Position numbers and translations under genes: made by a program. From an uncultured virus (IMG/VR IMGVR_UViG_3300031951_000099) (lineage: Duplodnaviria; Heunggongvirae; Uroviricota; Caudoviricetes), in IMG/VR virus record IMGVR_UViG_3300031951_000099: a stretch of 20,000 bases of DNA. The stretch is one strand, 5' to 3'. This document shows, one piece after another, positions 1 to 9,205 of this stretch. Position 1 is the stretch's first letter; every line of letters begins with the position of its first letter. The notes beneath the pieces are model-generated. The model ran no database searches and was not told the origin of the DNA. It worked only from the letters and a program-made list of their open reading frames with translations.

Positions 1-1
1 G

Positions 2-865
2 ACTGCATATGTATCAAGTTACGAACCACACAATGATCCTACTGGTAGAGCAACAGATCCGTGGTTTTTGACATTTGACAGATTTACGCCACAGGGAGCA
101 GTATTTTTTATTCCATCCGTAATTCCAGATTGGCAAAATAGAACACTTCCATATCCGAGTCGATTCTATTCAGCACACTTTGGATTTACCCTTGGACAAT
201 TCTGTAAAGAAGTTCCTCACGATCCCAATTATTTATTTCATGGCGAAGAAATTTCTATTGCTGCCCGAGCCTATACATGGGGTTATGATTTGTTTTCTCC
301 TCATAAACCAGTAGTATATCATGAATATTCTCGGGAACATCGTCCACGAAAGTCGTGGGATGATATAGCAGAATGGGGACGTTGGGATAATGCTTCTTTG
401 GCAAGAAATAGACGATTACTCCGCATTGACGGAGAACATGATCCGGCAGAAGATTTCGGTGATTTTGGATTTGGAACTATTAGAACGCTTGAAGATTATG
501 AAAATTATGCAGGTATTAAATTTGATACACGATCTGTGCAACAATATACGTTAGATCACAAAGAACCTCCTAATCCTCCAGGAGAACCATATCTACGTGT
601 ATTCAAACATTGTATTGATATACCAATATCATGGGTACCGTACAATGATTATGATGTATGGGCAGTGGCATTTGAAAATAAAGAAGGGGTAGAAATTCAT
701 AGAGAAGATGCCAATGAACAAGAAATTTTGATGATGAAAAACGACTCCGCCGGATATTGTAAACTCTGGAGAATATTTCACACATTAGACCAGCCAAAAC
801 GATGGATTGTGTGGCCACACTCAAGAGAACATGGATGGGGTGAACGGTTGACAGGAGAACTATGA
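2..865 (+). CDS. GT60-family UDP-GlcNAc:polypeptide GlcNAc-transferase (Skp1 Gnt1-like, Pfam 'GlcNAc'), 5' truncated by the window edge
   Basis: The frame is open from base 2 (TAYVSSYEPHNDP...), so the TTG at 68 is not the real start. GT60-type motifs: FYSAHFGF, EVPHDPNYLFHGEEISIAARAYTWGYDLFSP, VVYHEYSR, FGFGTIRTLEDYENYAGI. Confidence 0.85.
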   Translation, partial: TAYVSSYEPHNDPTGRATDPWFLTFDRFTPQGAVFFIPSVIPDWQNRTLPYPSRFYSAHFGFTLGQFCKEVPHDPNYLFHGEEISIAARAYTWGYDLFSPHKPVVYHEYSREHRPRKSWDDIAEWGRWDNASLARNRRLLRIDGEHDPAEDFGDFGFGTIRTLEDYENYAGIKFDTRSVQQYTLDHKEPPNPPGEPYLRVFKHCIDIPISWVPYNDYDVWAVAFENKEGVEIHREDANEQEILMMKNDSAGYCKLWRIFHTLDQPKRWIVWPHSREHGWGERLTGEL

Positions 866-1785
866 ACAAAATATTGGTAACTGGGGGGTCGGGTTTAGTG
901 GGTAGAAACTTACAGAAATATTTACCCTCTGCCAACTACATATCGTCTACTCAATTTAATTTAACAAATAAAACTGATGTAGAAAGTATGTTTTCTATAT
1001 ACAATCCAACACATGTTATTCACTTAGCGTCCAAGGTTGGTGGGGTAATGGCTAATAGTAGAGATCCCGTAGGATTTTACGAACAAAACGTCATAATGAA
1101 TACGTATGTATTGCAATATGCTCATCAATACAATGTGAACCGATTACTAGGGATGATGTCAACTTGCATATTTCCCGATAAAACAACGTATCCATTACAG
1201 CCACATAAAATCCACGATGGAGAACCTCATGATTCAAATTTTGGATATGCTTATGCAAAAAGAATGTTAGAAGTTCAAACTCGGGCATATCAAACACAAT
1301 ATAATAAAAAATGGACAACCATAATACCTACAAATGTATATGGTAAATATGATCAATTTAATTTAGAATCTGCTCACGTAATTCCTGCATTAATTCATAA
1401 ATGTTATTTGGCAAAAATAAATAATACTCCATTAAATGTGATGGGAAATGGAAAAGTGTATCGTGAATTTATTTATGCCGAAGATTTAGCAAAAGTTATT
1501 GCATGGGCAATATTTAATTATGAAGATGTAGAACCATTGGTAGTATCATCACCGACTCAGTACGAAATACGTGATGTGGTACATCTAATTGCAAAGGAAA
1601 TGAATTTCACGGGAAAGATTGTGTTTGAAGATAGTACACAACATAACGGACAAGAAAGAAAACCAAGTGATACGAGTAAACTCCAACTAGTATATCCTAT
1701 AAAATACACAGAGTTACCAATCGGATTATCTCAAACAATTTCTTGGTTTACTCAACATTATGAAACGGGAACCATTAGGTTATGA
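862..1785 (+). CDS. fcl: GDP-L-fucose synthase (GDP-4-keto-6-deoxymannose epimerase/reductase)
   Basis: KILVTGGSGLVG Rossmann motif, VIHLASKVGG, STCIFP, catalytic YAYAKR, and IPTNVYGKYDQFNLESAHVIPALIHK, typical of Fcl/WcaG. Confidence 0.93.
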   Translation: MNKILVTGGSGLVGRNLQKYLPSANYISSTQFNLTNKTDVESMFSIYNPTHVIHLASKVGGVMANSRDPVGFYEQNVIMNTYVLQYAHQYNVNRLLGMMSTCIFPDKTTYPLQPHKIHDGEPHDSNFGYAYAKRMLEVQTRAYQTQYNKKWTTIIPTNVYGKYDQFNLESAHVIPALIHKCYLAKINNTPLNVMGNGKVYREFIYAEDLAKVIAWAIFNYEDVEPLVVSSPTQYEIRDVVHLIAKEMNFTGKIVFEDSTQHNGQERKPSDTSKLQLVYPIKYTELPIGLSQTISWFTQHYETGTIRL

Positions 1786-2480
1786 TACATTTCTGCATGG
1801 CTTTTTGGACAGATGGCCAAGAAAATAGTAGCAGAGAACGAAATGTACACTTAACGTGGCCATATTTAAAGGATATGGTACGATATCTAAACAGTAAGTC
1901 GGTACCCGCTACTGCCAATATATTTGACTATTCACCAGAAAAAATAATTGACGACGCAACACATATTCCATACCCAATTGGAACATATAAACGATCAGAA
2001 AAACTTAACGGAATAATAAATACATTTCCAGAGGAAGATAACATTTGTTTGATGGACTGCGATGTATTTATACATCGGACACAATGGGATGCGTTAGCCA
2101 CTCTCGCATCAAACGTAACATATGAAATTGGGTTTTTCTTTAATTTTGCAAAACTTGACGATGGAAATATACCATTAGATCAAGTTGATCCGCACGGAAC
2201 ACATCCATTAGTATTTACAAAAGGATGTGTTGGTGGATTCGGTGGATTTCATTTAACATCAATCAAATCTATAAAAGACATTGGATTTTTTGATGAAAAA
2301 TTTACTACGTGGGGAGGGGAAGATGGACATTTGATGGATAGATGGAATTATAAATTCATACGAACCGGGGTCAGTGAGGATCGTGTGTTGCCATTACATC
2401 TACCGCATTTTCAAGACAGAGAAAACATTTTATATTTTAATAGAGAAGAATATGTCAGAAACAACAATCTTGCCGTATAG
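1782..2480 (+). CDS. GT-A fold glycosyltransferase with a GT7 C-terminal (galactosyltransferase-like) motif
   Basis: DxD motif (LMDCDVF) and GFFDEKFTTWGGEDG, which resembles the WGGEDD acceptor motif of GT7/GT2 enzymes. Confidence 0.78.
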   Translation: MIHFCMAFWTDGQENSSRERNVHLTWPYLKDMVRYLNSKSVPATANIFDYSPEKIIDDATHIPYPIGTYKRSEKLNGIINTFPEEDNICLMDCDVFIHRTQWDALATLASNVTYEIGFFFNFAKLDDGNIPLDQVDPHGTHPLVFTKGCVGGFGGFHLTSIKSIKDIGFFDEKFTTWGGEDGHLMDRWNYKFIRTGVSEDRVLPLHLPHFQDRENILYFNREEYVRNNNLAV

Positions 2481-3225
2481 TATTGGTATTACAACGTTTT
2501 CTAAACGATTTGATATGTTTAAGAAAACATTATTAGCTATTCGTGAATATAGGAAAAATATACCTATACTAGTAGCAATAAATGGACTAAATAATACGGA
2601 ATTTGATGAAACGTATCGTACATCGGTATTGGAATTGATTGGAACTACAAATAATGTATATCCTATATTTTTCCCATCATTTCGTGGATACGCTAAATTA
2701 GTCAATACGTTGGTAATTCATTCACCCACTAATTTATTATTATGTTTAAACGATGATGTTGATATTTTAAATGAAAGTTTTTTTGATACGTTTGAGTCTA
2801 TAAATTCGTCCATCACACGAATGTGTAAATTCAATGGTTCATTTAGTCATGCATGTTATACAAAGGACGGAATGATTGATATAGGATGGTTGGATGAACG
2901 ATTGCTGGGTATTGGAGAAGAAGACGGGGACATAACGTATAGGTACATCGACAAATATAATGAAGCATTCCCAGAGTATTATTTACCAGGAATTCATAAT
3001 ATTGTATCCGACGTTCGTGATGATAATATAACACCTGGCGTTGGAAAATATTCAAGATTTAATAGAGAATTTATTGGATTTTGGAATCATGGAACTGGAA
3101 AATATATACAAACTGAATCTTCTACTATTGTTGGTATGTTTGGACAACCTTATACCAAAGTAATGGAAGATTTGCCGCAGTATCCGTACGAACATTTTTA
3201 TTTAATAAACAGAGATAAATTATGA
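2452..3225 (+). CDS. GT2-like glycosyltransferase
   Basis: YSIGITTFSKR first strand, LNDD metal motif and GWLDERLLGIGEEDGD. The ATG at 2452 (MSETTILP) is preferred over the track's GTG at 2374 because it minimises overlap with the upstream gene. Confidence 0.75.
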   Translation: MSETTILPYSIGITTFSKRFDMFKKTLLAIREYRKNIPILVAINGLNNTEFDETYRTSVLELIGTTNNVYPIFFPSFRGYAKLVNTLVIHSPTNLLLCLNDDVDILNESFFDTFESINSSITRMCKFNGSFSHACYTKDGMIDIGWLDERLLGIGEEDGDITYRYIDKYNEAFPEYYLPGIHNIVSDVRDDNITPGVGKYSRFNREFIGFWNHGTGKYIQTESSTIVGMFGQPYTKVMEDLPQYPYEHFYLINRDKL

Positions 3226-4145
3226 AAACTAAAATTAGAATTTTTTGCTGGTGGACACACGATCAACCTTCTGTTAGTATTATTGGACGAGTATTAGCAC
3301 AATTAAAATTAAATGAGTACCATTTTGAAAATTTTGAATTTGTTACCGACGATTCTTATGAATGGGCAATAGTATTCGGTAGGTTGGGTGACAACGTACT
3401 TAAAACCGATAAACAACACACCATATTTTTTGGAATGGAACCGTCGTGGTCACATAATATAGATCGCAATGCGGTTGATTATTCTGATTGGGTATTCGTT
3501 CAAAACCGTAATATTTTTGATCATGATAATGAGAAAGTAATTGAAGGTCCAAATTATATGCTGTATGGTGGCGGTGGTGATTCTGAGTGGGGACTTGAAC
3601 ACATAAATCAGTGGGACTTGTCCAAAACAGAAAATATTAGTATGGTGGTATCAAACTCCCCGGATAATATGTGGTGGGTTCCTTCTGACGCACCTCACAT
3701 TTATCGTAAACGTATGAACGTGGCAAATCTAATTATAGACAATGATTTACCGGTTGATGTATACGGTAAACAATGGACCGCCACCGGTAGATGTAAAGGG
3801 GAAGCATGGAATAAATACATTGCACTTAAATCATATCGGTTTTCTATAGGAATAGAAAATACAGCGGAACCATTTTATACCACAGAAAAATTTACAGATA
3901 ATTTGTTAACTAACACAATTCCGATCTATTATGGAAGTACGAATATTGCGGAATATTATGATTCCCGAGGATATATACAGATGCCAGACTTGGATGACTT
4001 GGATGCCGTGCGTTCTCTTATATTAGACATAAATAACAACGCAGAAAAATTGTATGACGAAATGTTCCCGTACATGCTAGAAAATAAAAATATATTTTTG
4101 GAAAAATACAACATACTAAATAAAATTCAAGAAGTTATAAAATAA
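3222..4145 (+). CDS. GT10-family alpha-1,3/4-fucosyltransferase-like protein
   Basis: GT10 signature YRFSIGIENTAEPFYTTEKFTDNLLTNTIPIYYG, plus GMEP, SMVVSN and VDVYGK. It lies in the same cluster as fcl. Confidence 0.87.
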   Translation: MKTKIRIFCWWTHDQPSVSIIGRVLAQLKLNEYHFENFEFVTDDSYEWAIVFGRLGDNVLKTDKQHTIFFGMEPSWSHNIDRNAVDYSDWVFVQNRNIFDHDNEKVIEGPNYMLYGGGGDSEWGLEHINQWDLSKTENISMVVSNSPDNMWWVPSDAPHIYRKRMNVANLIIDNDLPVDVYGKQWTATGRCKGEAWNKYIALKSYRFSIGIENTAEPFYTTEKFTDNLLTNTIPIYYGSTNIAEYYDSRGYIQMPDLDDLDAVRSLILDINNNAEKLYDEMFPYMLENKNIFLEKYNILNKIQEVIK

Positions 4146-4175
4146 GTTATCTTACAAACACACCACGGGATTCAG

Positions 4176-6767
4176 ATGAATAATACAACAATAGTTACTG
4201 CAGTATATTACTCAAATCCTTTATCTATAATGGGCGGTAGAGGATGGAATTTTTCTTATTATAAACCAACATTATATGCAATTTCACGATTGGGTACGCA
4301 AAAAGTTGTGGTTTATCACGATAAATTTCAAGAACCGGAATTAACAAAATTCGTTCAAGAATATAACTTAATAAATTTTGAATTACGACACGTGGAATTA
4401 GAAGATCTTCCAAACTATCAAAAAGTTTATTCTTTAAAAGAACGATATGTTAATTTATTCAATAATGACGCATCAGAATTATATAAACATAATAATAGGT
4501 TACATATTCTGTGCTTGTCAAAGTTATGGTTTTTACTGGATACTATTAAACATCGTCAAATAGAAGAAACTCCTGTAGTATGGATTGATGCGGGACTGTT
4601 TCACCATGCGTTGTTTCCAGAAACATTGGGTGGTGTTGAATTGGCAAGATTTGATTTGGAAAACTATTATCCAAATAAAAGTACAGCAAAATTTAATGAA
4701 GACTTGGGTGATAAGTTATACGACTTACTTGTCAGTGAATCAAAAATATTTGGATATGCAACTCAAGTGATACGACTTCCTGTTGAGTGGACTAAAGAAG
4801 TAGCTCCAACCGAATTAACTGCAAGTTTAATTGGTGGTTTTTTTGGAGGAGTACCGAGTGTAATTCATACGTTTGCAGAAAAATTTTATGCACTCGTGGA
4901 TACTATATTGAATGCTGATGTTGTTCCGTTGGAAGAAGGAATTATGTCCGTGGTACATACAACTCATCCTGAACTATTTTATTTAAATACGTTTGATACT
5001 TGGTATCACGATGTTCCAACGGATCCATGTTATTTTCTACACTCAGATAATTCAGCACGGTCTTTTTATAAATCATTTTTTAATTTAATAGAAGAAAAAG
5101 AGTCAAGATTAACTAACGTGGAAAAATATTTGGTGCCTGTGTATAAGTCACCTGCACCATTTGTATATGAGAAATTTGATTTACCAAATATAGCAGTATA
5201 TGGCTCCCATAACGCATCAGTTGCAGTTGAATATGGTGGAAAAATTTTGGAAGTGTTGGAAATTGAAAGATTCTTGAATGTAAAGAACGCAGGTTATACG
5301 CAATATTACGTGGCACATTCAAGAAAAAACTTATCAAAACTGATAGTAGACTATTTTCAGAATAAATATGGTTTCACCGAATACGGTTATTGTTTACATC
5401 AACACTGTGAAACAATTGAACACCACGGCAGTGTTAACTATTGGGAAGGATTTCCTGCAAAAATTCACGTTGAGTGTAAGCACCACGAATCACATGCGGC
5501 AGGTACATTTTATCAATCACCATTTCAAAAAGCATTGGTAATCTCGTTTGATGGTGGCGGTAATGATGGATTTTTTAAAATTTATCTAGCAGAACGAGGA
5601 AAACCACTTACTGTTTTACGAGAACATAGACTGGATTTGGGATTTCCATATATGATATTTGGTGAATATCTTGGCGACATTAAAAAAGAAAATGCACTAA
5701 GTTTGGGTAATTTGGTATATGCTGGAAAAATTCTAGGACTACAATCATATGGTAATGTAAGAACAGATTGGGTAAATGCATTTAAAAAATTATATACTTC
5801 TAATATTTCTGGCGGGAATTACGAAGAGCATTTTAAAATTTTATCTGAAGAAATTTCTATACCATTTGATATACAGAATAGATTGATTGATCAAGTTGCA
5901 TATGATGTAGCTGCTACATCACAGCACGTATTTGAAGAATTATTTTTTGAGTACGTGGACGAGGAAATACAATCTCACACAGAACTTCCTATTTGTATAA
6001 CGGGTGGGTGTGGATTGAATATTGTATTAAATACAAAAATAAACCAAAAATATAATAGACCCGTGTTTGTTGGACCAAATCCAAATGATTGTGGGTTAGC
6101 GGTGGGTATGCTGGCAAATATGATCATGCCACCGGATTCAATTGACGTAACATACGCAGGACCAGAATTACTTGACAAACATCGGTTATCTGAATATGTT
6201 GAACGTTATCTTGGAGAATCAATTGAGTTAGATAAATTAGCTACGTTACTTATGCAGGGTCAAATACTTGGATTTATTACCGGACGGTCGGAGCACGGTC
6301 CTCGTGCGTTAGGTAATCGTAGTATTTTATGTAGTCCGTTACTGTCCGATATGAAAGACACATTGAATTTAAAAGTAAAACACCGAGAATGGTACAGACC
6401 ATTTGCTCCTGTAGTTCGTTTAGAAGATGTGTCAGAATATTTTGAATGGGAGGGTGAATCCAGGTGGATGAGTTTTTGTCCTAAAGTAAAAGAAAAATAT
6501 AAAAATATCATACCTGCAATTGTTCATGTAGATGGAACTGCGCGGGTACAAACAGTTACACGAGAACAGAATCAGAAATTATATGATTTAATTACCGAGT
6601 TTAAAAAACTAACTGGCATTGGTGTGTTACTGAATACGTCGTTTAACGTAGACGGTAAACCCATTTTATCAACGTTAGGTGACGCATTTAAAGTATTTGA
6701 ATCCACCGAACTGAGTGGGGTTTATGTGGAAGATTTCTATTTTCATAGAAAAATGGGAGGTTTGTAG
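4176..6767 (+). CDS. Fusion of an HtrL/YibB-like putative glycosyltransferase domain (about aa 1-300) and a NodU/CmcH/TobZ-family O-carbamoyltransferase (about aa 338-863)
   Basis: N-terminal motifs: TIVTA, LSKLWFL, WIDAG, GGFFGG, EEGIMS. C-terminal motifs: GSHNASVA, EIERF, HHESHA, SFDGGG, AGKILGLQSYG, ITGGCGLN, PNDCGLAVG, GRSEHGPRALGNRSIL, KHREWYRPFAP, VHVDGTARVQTV, LLNTSFN. Confidence 0.9.
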   Translation: MNNTTIVTAVYYSNPLSIMGGRGWNFSYYKPTLYAISRLGTQKVVVYHDKFQEPELTKFVQEYNLINFELRHVELEDLPNYQKVYSLKERYVNLFNNDASELYKHNNRLHILCLSKLWFLLDTIKHRQIEETPVVWIDAGLFHHALFPETLGGVELARFDLENYYPNKSTAKFNEDLGDKLYDLLVSESKIFGYATQVIRLPVEWTKEVAPTELTASLIGGFFGGVPSVIHTFAEKFYALVDTILNADVVPLEEGIMSVVHTTHPELFYLNTFDTWYHDVPTDPCYFLHSDNSARSFYKSFFNLIEEKESRLTNVEKYLVPVYKSPAPFVYEKFDLPNIAVYGSHNASVAVEYGGKILEVLEIERFLNVKNAGYTQYYVAHSRKNLSKLIVDYFQNKYGFTEYGYCLHQHCETIEHHGSVNYWEGFPAKIHVECKHHESHAAGTFYQSPFQKALVISFDGGGNDGFFKIYLAERGKPLTVLREHRLDLGFPYMIFGEYLGDIKKENALSLGNLVYAGKILGLQSYGNVRTDWVNAFKKLYTSNISGGNYEEHFKILSEEISIPFDIQNRLIDQVAYDVAATSQHVFEELFFEYVDEEIQSHTELPICITGGCGLNIVLNTKINQKYNRPVFVGPNPNDCGLAVGMLANMIMPPDSIDVTYAGPELLDKHRLSEYVERYLGESIELDKLATLLMQGQILGFITGRSEHGPRALGNRSILCSPLLSDMKDTLNLKVKHREWYRPFAPVVRLEDVSEYFEWEGESRWMSFCPKVKEKYKNIIPAIVHVDGTARVQTVTREQNQKLYDLITEFKKLTGIGVLLNTSFNVDGKPILSTLGDAFKVFESTELSGVYVEDFYFHRKMGGL

Positions 6768-6817
6768 TACCAGGAGTAATATTTAAATCATACGTTTATT
6801 ACAGGACAAAATAGTTT

Positions 6818-9163
6818 ATGCCATTTAGTACTACAATTTTTAAACAACAAATTTTAGAGTTCATAACAAAATCGGCCAACAATACAGATGTTAAAATATT
6901 AGACATTGGTGCGGGATGTGGTACCTATGCAGATTTACTATCCCCGCAGTTTACTAATATTGATGCAATGGAAGTATTTTTTCCCTACGTAGAGCAGTAT
7001 AATTTACGGGAAAAATATAAAAATGTGTTTATAGAAAACGTAATGCACACCTCGGTAGATTTTTCCCAGTATGACTTTATTATTCTGGGAGATATACTGG
7101 AGCATCTGAATTTAAACGATTCACGAAGTCTTATACAAAAACTTCTAAATACTTCGGCTGAATTGATTATTACAGTCCCATTTAACGCACCGCAGGGTAC
7201 AGTAAATGAAAACGTGCATGAAATTCATTTGCAACCAAAACTTACATTAACTTCCTTCTTAAGAACACATAAAAAACTTATTCCATTGTGCGTTAGATAT
7301 GATTATGGGGTTTTTATAAAAAATACTAAACGTACCGAATATACACCTGTATTTTATGATCAAATTGAAGATACTATAATTGAAAAATTGCAGTTGGCAT
7401 TTCCATATAAAAAATTAATTGACACTTATAAACAAGTTACATTACATACGATTGATGAAATATTTACAGAGGAAATACCTCAAAATGTTACGATAGTTAC
7501 TGCGTTATGGGATTTGGGTAGGGAAAGTATATCAGCCGCATTTAAACGGTCATACGAACATTACAAAGAAAAATTTGCAGAACTATTGAAAACTCCCGTC
7601 AATATGATTATATTTGTTGCACCGGAAGACGAAGAGTTTATCTGGAAACATAGATCACGTAGTAATACTATGGTCAAGATATTAGAATTAAAAGAATTTA
7701 AACTTTGGTTTGAACATTTTAACTCGGTACAACAGATAAGAAAAACGGAATCTTGGTATTCTCAAGCAAGTTGGCTTAAAGAATCCCCGCAAGCAACGTT
7801 GGAGTATTACAATCCTGTTGTTATGAGTAAGATGTTTATGTTAAACAATGCCACGATATTTAATCCGTTTGACACGGAATATTTCTTTTGGCTTGATGCG
7901 GGAATTACATCAACTGTACATCCTGGATATTTTACACATGACAAAGTATTAAATAATTTATCAACTTATGTGGAGAGCTTAAATCAATTTTTATTTTTGT
8001 CATATCCATATACGGATGGAACCGAGATTCATGGATTTGACAGAAAAGAAATTACAAAATATTGTGAAGTAACCCACGTTAACTATGTGTGTCGTGGTGG
8101 ATTTTTTGGTGGTAAAAAATCTCTTATCAACAAAATTAATGGATTATATTATGCAGTATTGACAGATACTTTACAAAAACAATTGATGGGGACAGAAGAA
8201 AGTATATTTACTATTCTGGCACATCAATATCCGGAGTTCATATATTGTTATGAATTGCTGGAAGATGGATTAGTTTGGAGATTTTTTGAAAAATTAAAAG
8301 ATGTAAAAGAACTAACCAACAGCATTCATAGAGTTATTACACCAAAAACAGCAAAAACAAATTTATACGTATTGGGATTCAATTCACCGAATCAGTTTAA
8401 ATCAGTGTGTGAATCAATAAAACAGAACGATCCTGATATGTTCGTCTTAAGTAGAAAGATACTAATAAACAATTCTATTGACACGACACTATTTCCAGAA
8501 TATGATGAATTATGTACCATGTATGGATTTGAAGAAATTCATAGAGAAAATTTGGGTGTGTGCGGTGGACGACAATTTGCTGCAGAACACTTTGATGAAT
8601 CTGACGCGGATTTTTCTATGTTTTTTGAAGACGATATGCACGTCAATGGCAAAGACACTGCCGATAAATTATGTAAGTGCGGATTGACACAATATGTTCC
8701 TAATCTGTATACCTCAATTGTAAAGATCATGCTCAAAGAAAAGTTTGATTTCTTAAAATTCTCATTTTCAGAATTTTATGGGGATAACAGTAAGCAATGG
8801 GCGTGGTATAATGTGCCGCAAGAAATCAGAACACAGACGTGGCCATCGTACGATAAATTACCAGAGACAGGATTGGATCCAAATTCACCATATACACGTT
8901 TTTACAATATAAAAGTATTAGACGGGGTTGCTTATGCAACAGGAGAAGTATACTATAGCAATTGGCCTCAAATTGTTAGTAAAGAAGGAAATAGAAAGAT
9001 GTTTTTAGAAACACGATGGGCATTTCCGTATGAACAAACGTGGATGAGTCACATTTTTCAAGAAACATTAAATGGGAATATTAATCCTGGTATATTGGTG
9101 GCAAGTCCAATCACCCACGACCGAGTAGAGTTTTATCCGGCAGAAGAACGTAGAGAAAACTAA
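6818..9163 (+). CDS. Three-domain fusion: class I SAM methyltransferase, HtrL/YibB-like domain and C-terminal GT-A-like domain
   Basis: MTase motifs ILDIGAGCG and DFIILGDILEHL. HtrL-like motifs from about aa 223: VTIVTALWDLGR, MSKMFML, NPFDTEYFFWLDAG, RGGFFGG, MGTEESIF. GT-A-like motifs from about aa 513: ENLGVCGGRQ and FFEDD. Confidence 0.82.
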   Translation: MPFSTTIFKQQILEFITKSANNTDVKILDIGAGCGTYADLLSPQFTNIDAMEVFFPYVEQYNLREKYKNVFIENVMHTSVDFSQYDFIILGDILEHLNLNDSRSLIQKLLNTSAELIITVPFNAPQGTVNENVHEIHLQPKLTLTSFLRTHKKLIPLCVRYDYGVFIKNTKRTEYTPVFYDQIEDTIIEKLQLAFPYKKLIDTYKQVTLHTIDEIFTEEIPQNVTIVTALWDLGRESISAAFKRSYEHYKEKFAELLKTPVNMIIFVAPEDEEFIWKHRSRSNTMVKILELKEFKLWFEHFNSVQQIRKTESWYSQASWLKESPQATLEYYNPVVMSKMFMLNNATIFNPFDTEYFFWLDAGITSTVHPGYFTHDKVLNNLSTYVESLNQFLFLSYPYTDGTEIHGFDRKEITKYCEVTHVNYVCRGGFFGGKKSLINKINGLYYAVLTDTLQKQLMGTEESIFTILAHQYPEFIYCYELLEDGLVWRFFEKLKDVKELTNSIHRVITPKTAKTNLYVLGFNSPNQFKSVCESIKQNDPDMFVLSRKILINNSIDTTLFPEYDELCTMYGFEEIHRENLGVCGGRQFAAEHFDESDADFSMFFEDDMHVNGKDTADKLCKCGLTQYVPNLYTSIVKIMLKEKFDFLKFSFSEFYGDNSKQWAWYNVPQEIRTQTWPSYDKLPETGLDPNSPYTRFYNIKVLDGVAYATGEVYYSNWPQIVSKEGNRKMFLETRWAFPYEQTWMSHIFQETLNGNINPGILVASPITHDRVEFYPAEERREN

Positions 9164-9172
9164 ACATACAAA

Positions 9173-9184
9173 ATATTTATATAG
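9173..9184 (+). promoter_or_regulatory. Candidate phage late promoter motif ATATTTAT
   Basis: Intergenic ATATTTATATAG whose 8-mer core ends 26 nt before the ATG at 9206. The same 8-mer lies at similar spacing before the ATG at 15631. Confidence 0.45.
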
Positions 9185-9205
9185 GTATACTTTTTAAAGG
9201 ACATT

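Noticed and set aside
2374..2451. ORF-track start at 2374 for the GT2-like gene
   Set aside because: It would overlap the upstream gene by more than 100 nt. The ATG at 2452 directly precedes the first GT-A strand.
2478..6767. Stop-codon reassignment, as seen in some large phages
   Set aside because: Genes are full length in the standard code. TAG (2478, 6765), TGA and TAA all end genes at sensible domain boundaries.
1..9163. Origin from a giant eukaryotic virus or a bacterial O-antigen/capsule locus
   Set aside because: There is no flippase, polymerase or priming transferase. SD-like motifs, coupled genes and contiguous baseplate and tape-measure-like genes favour a tailed phage.
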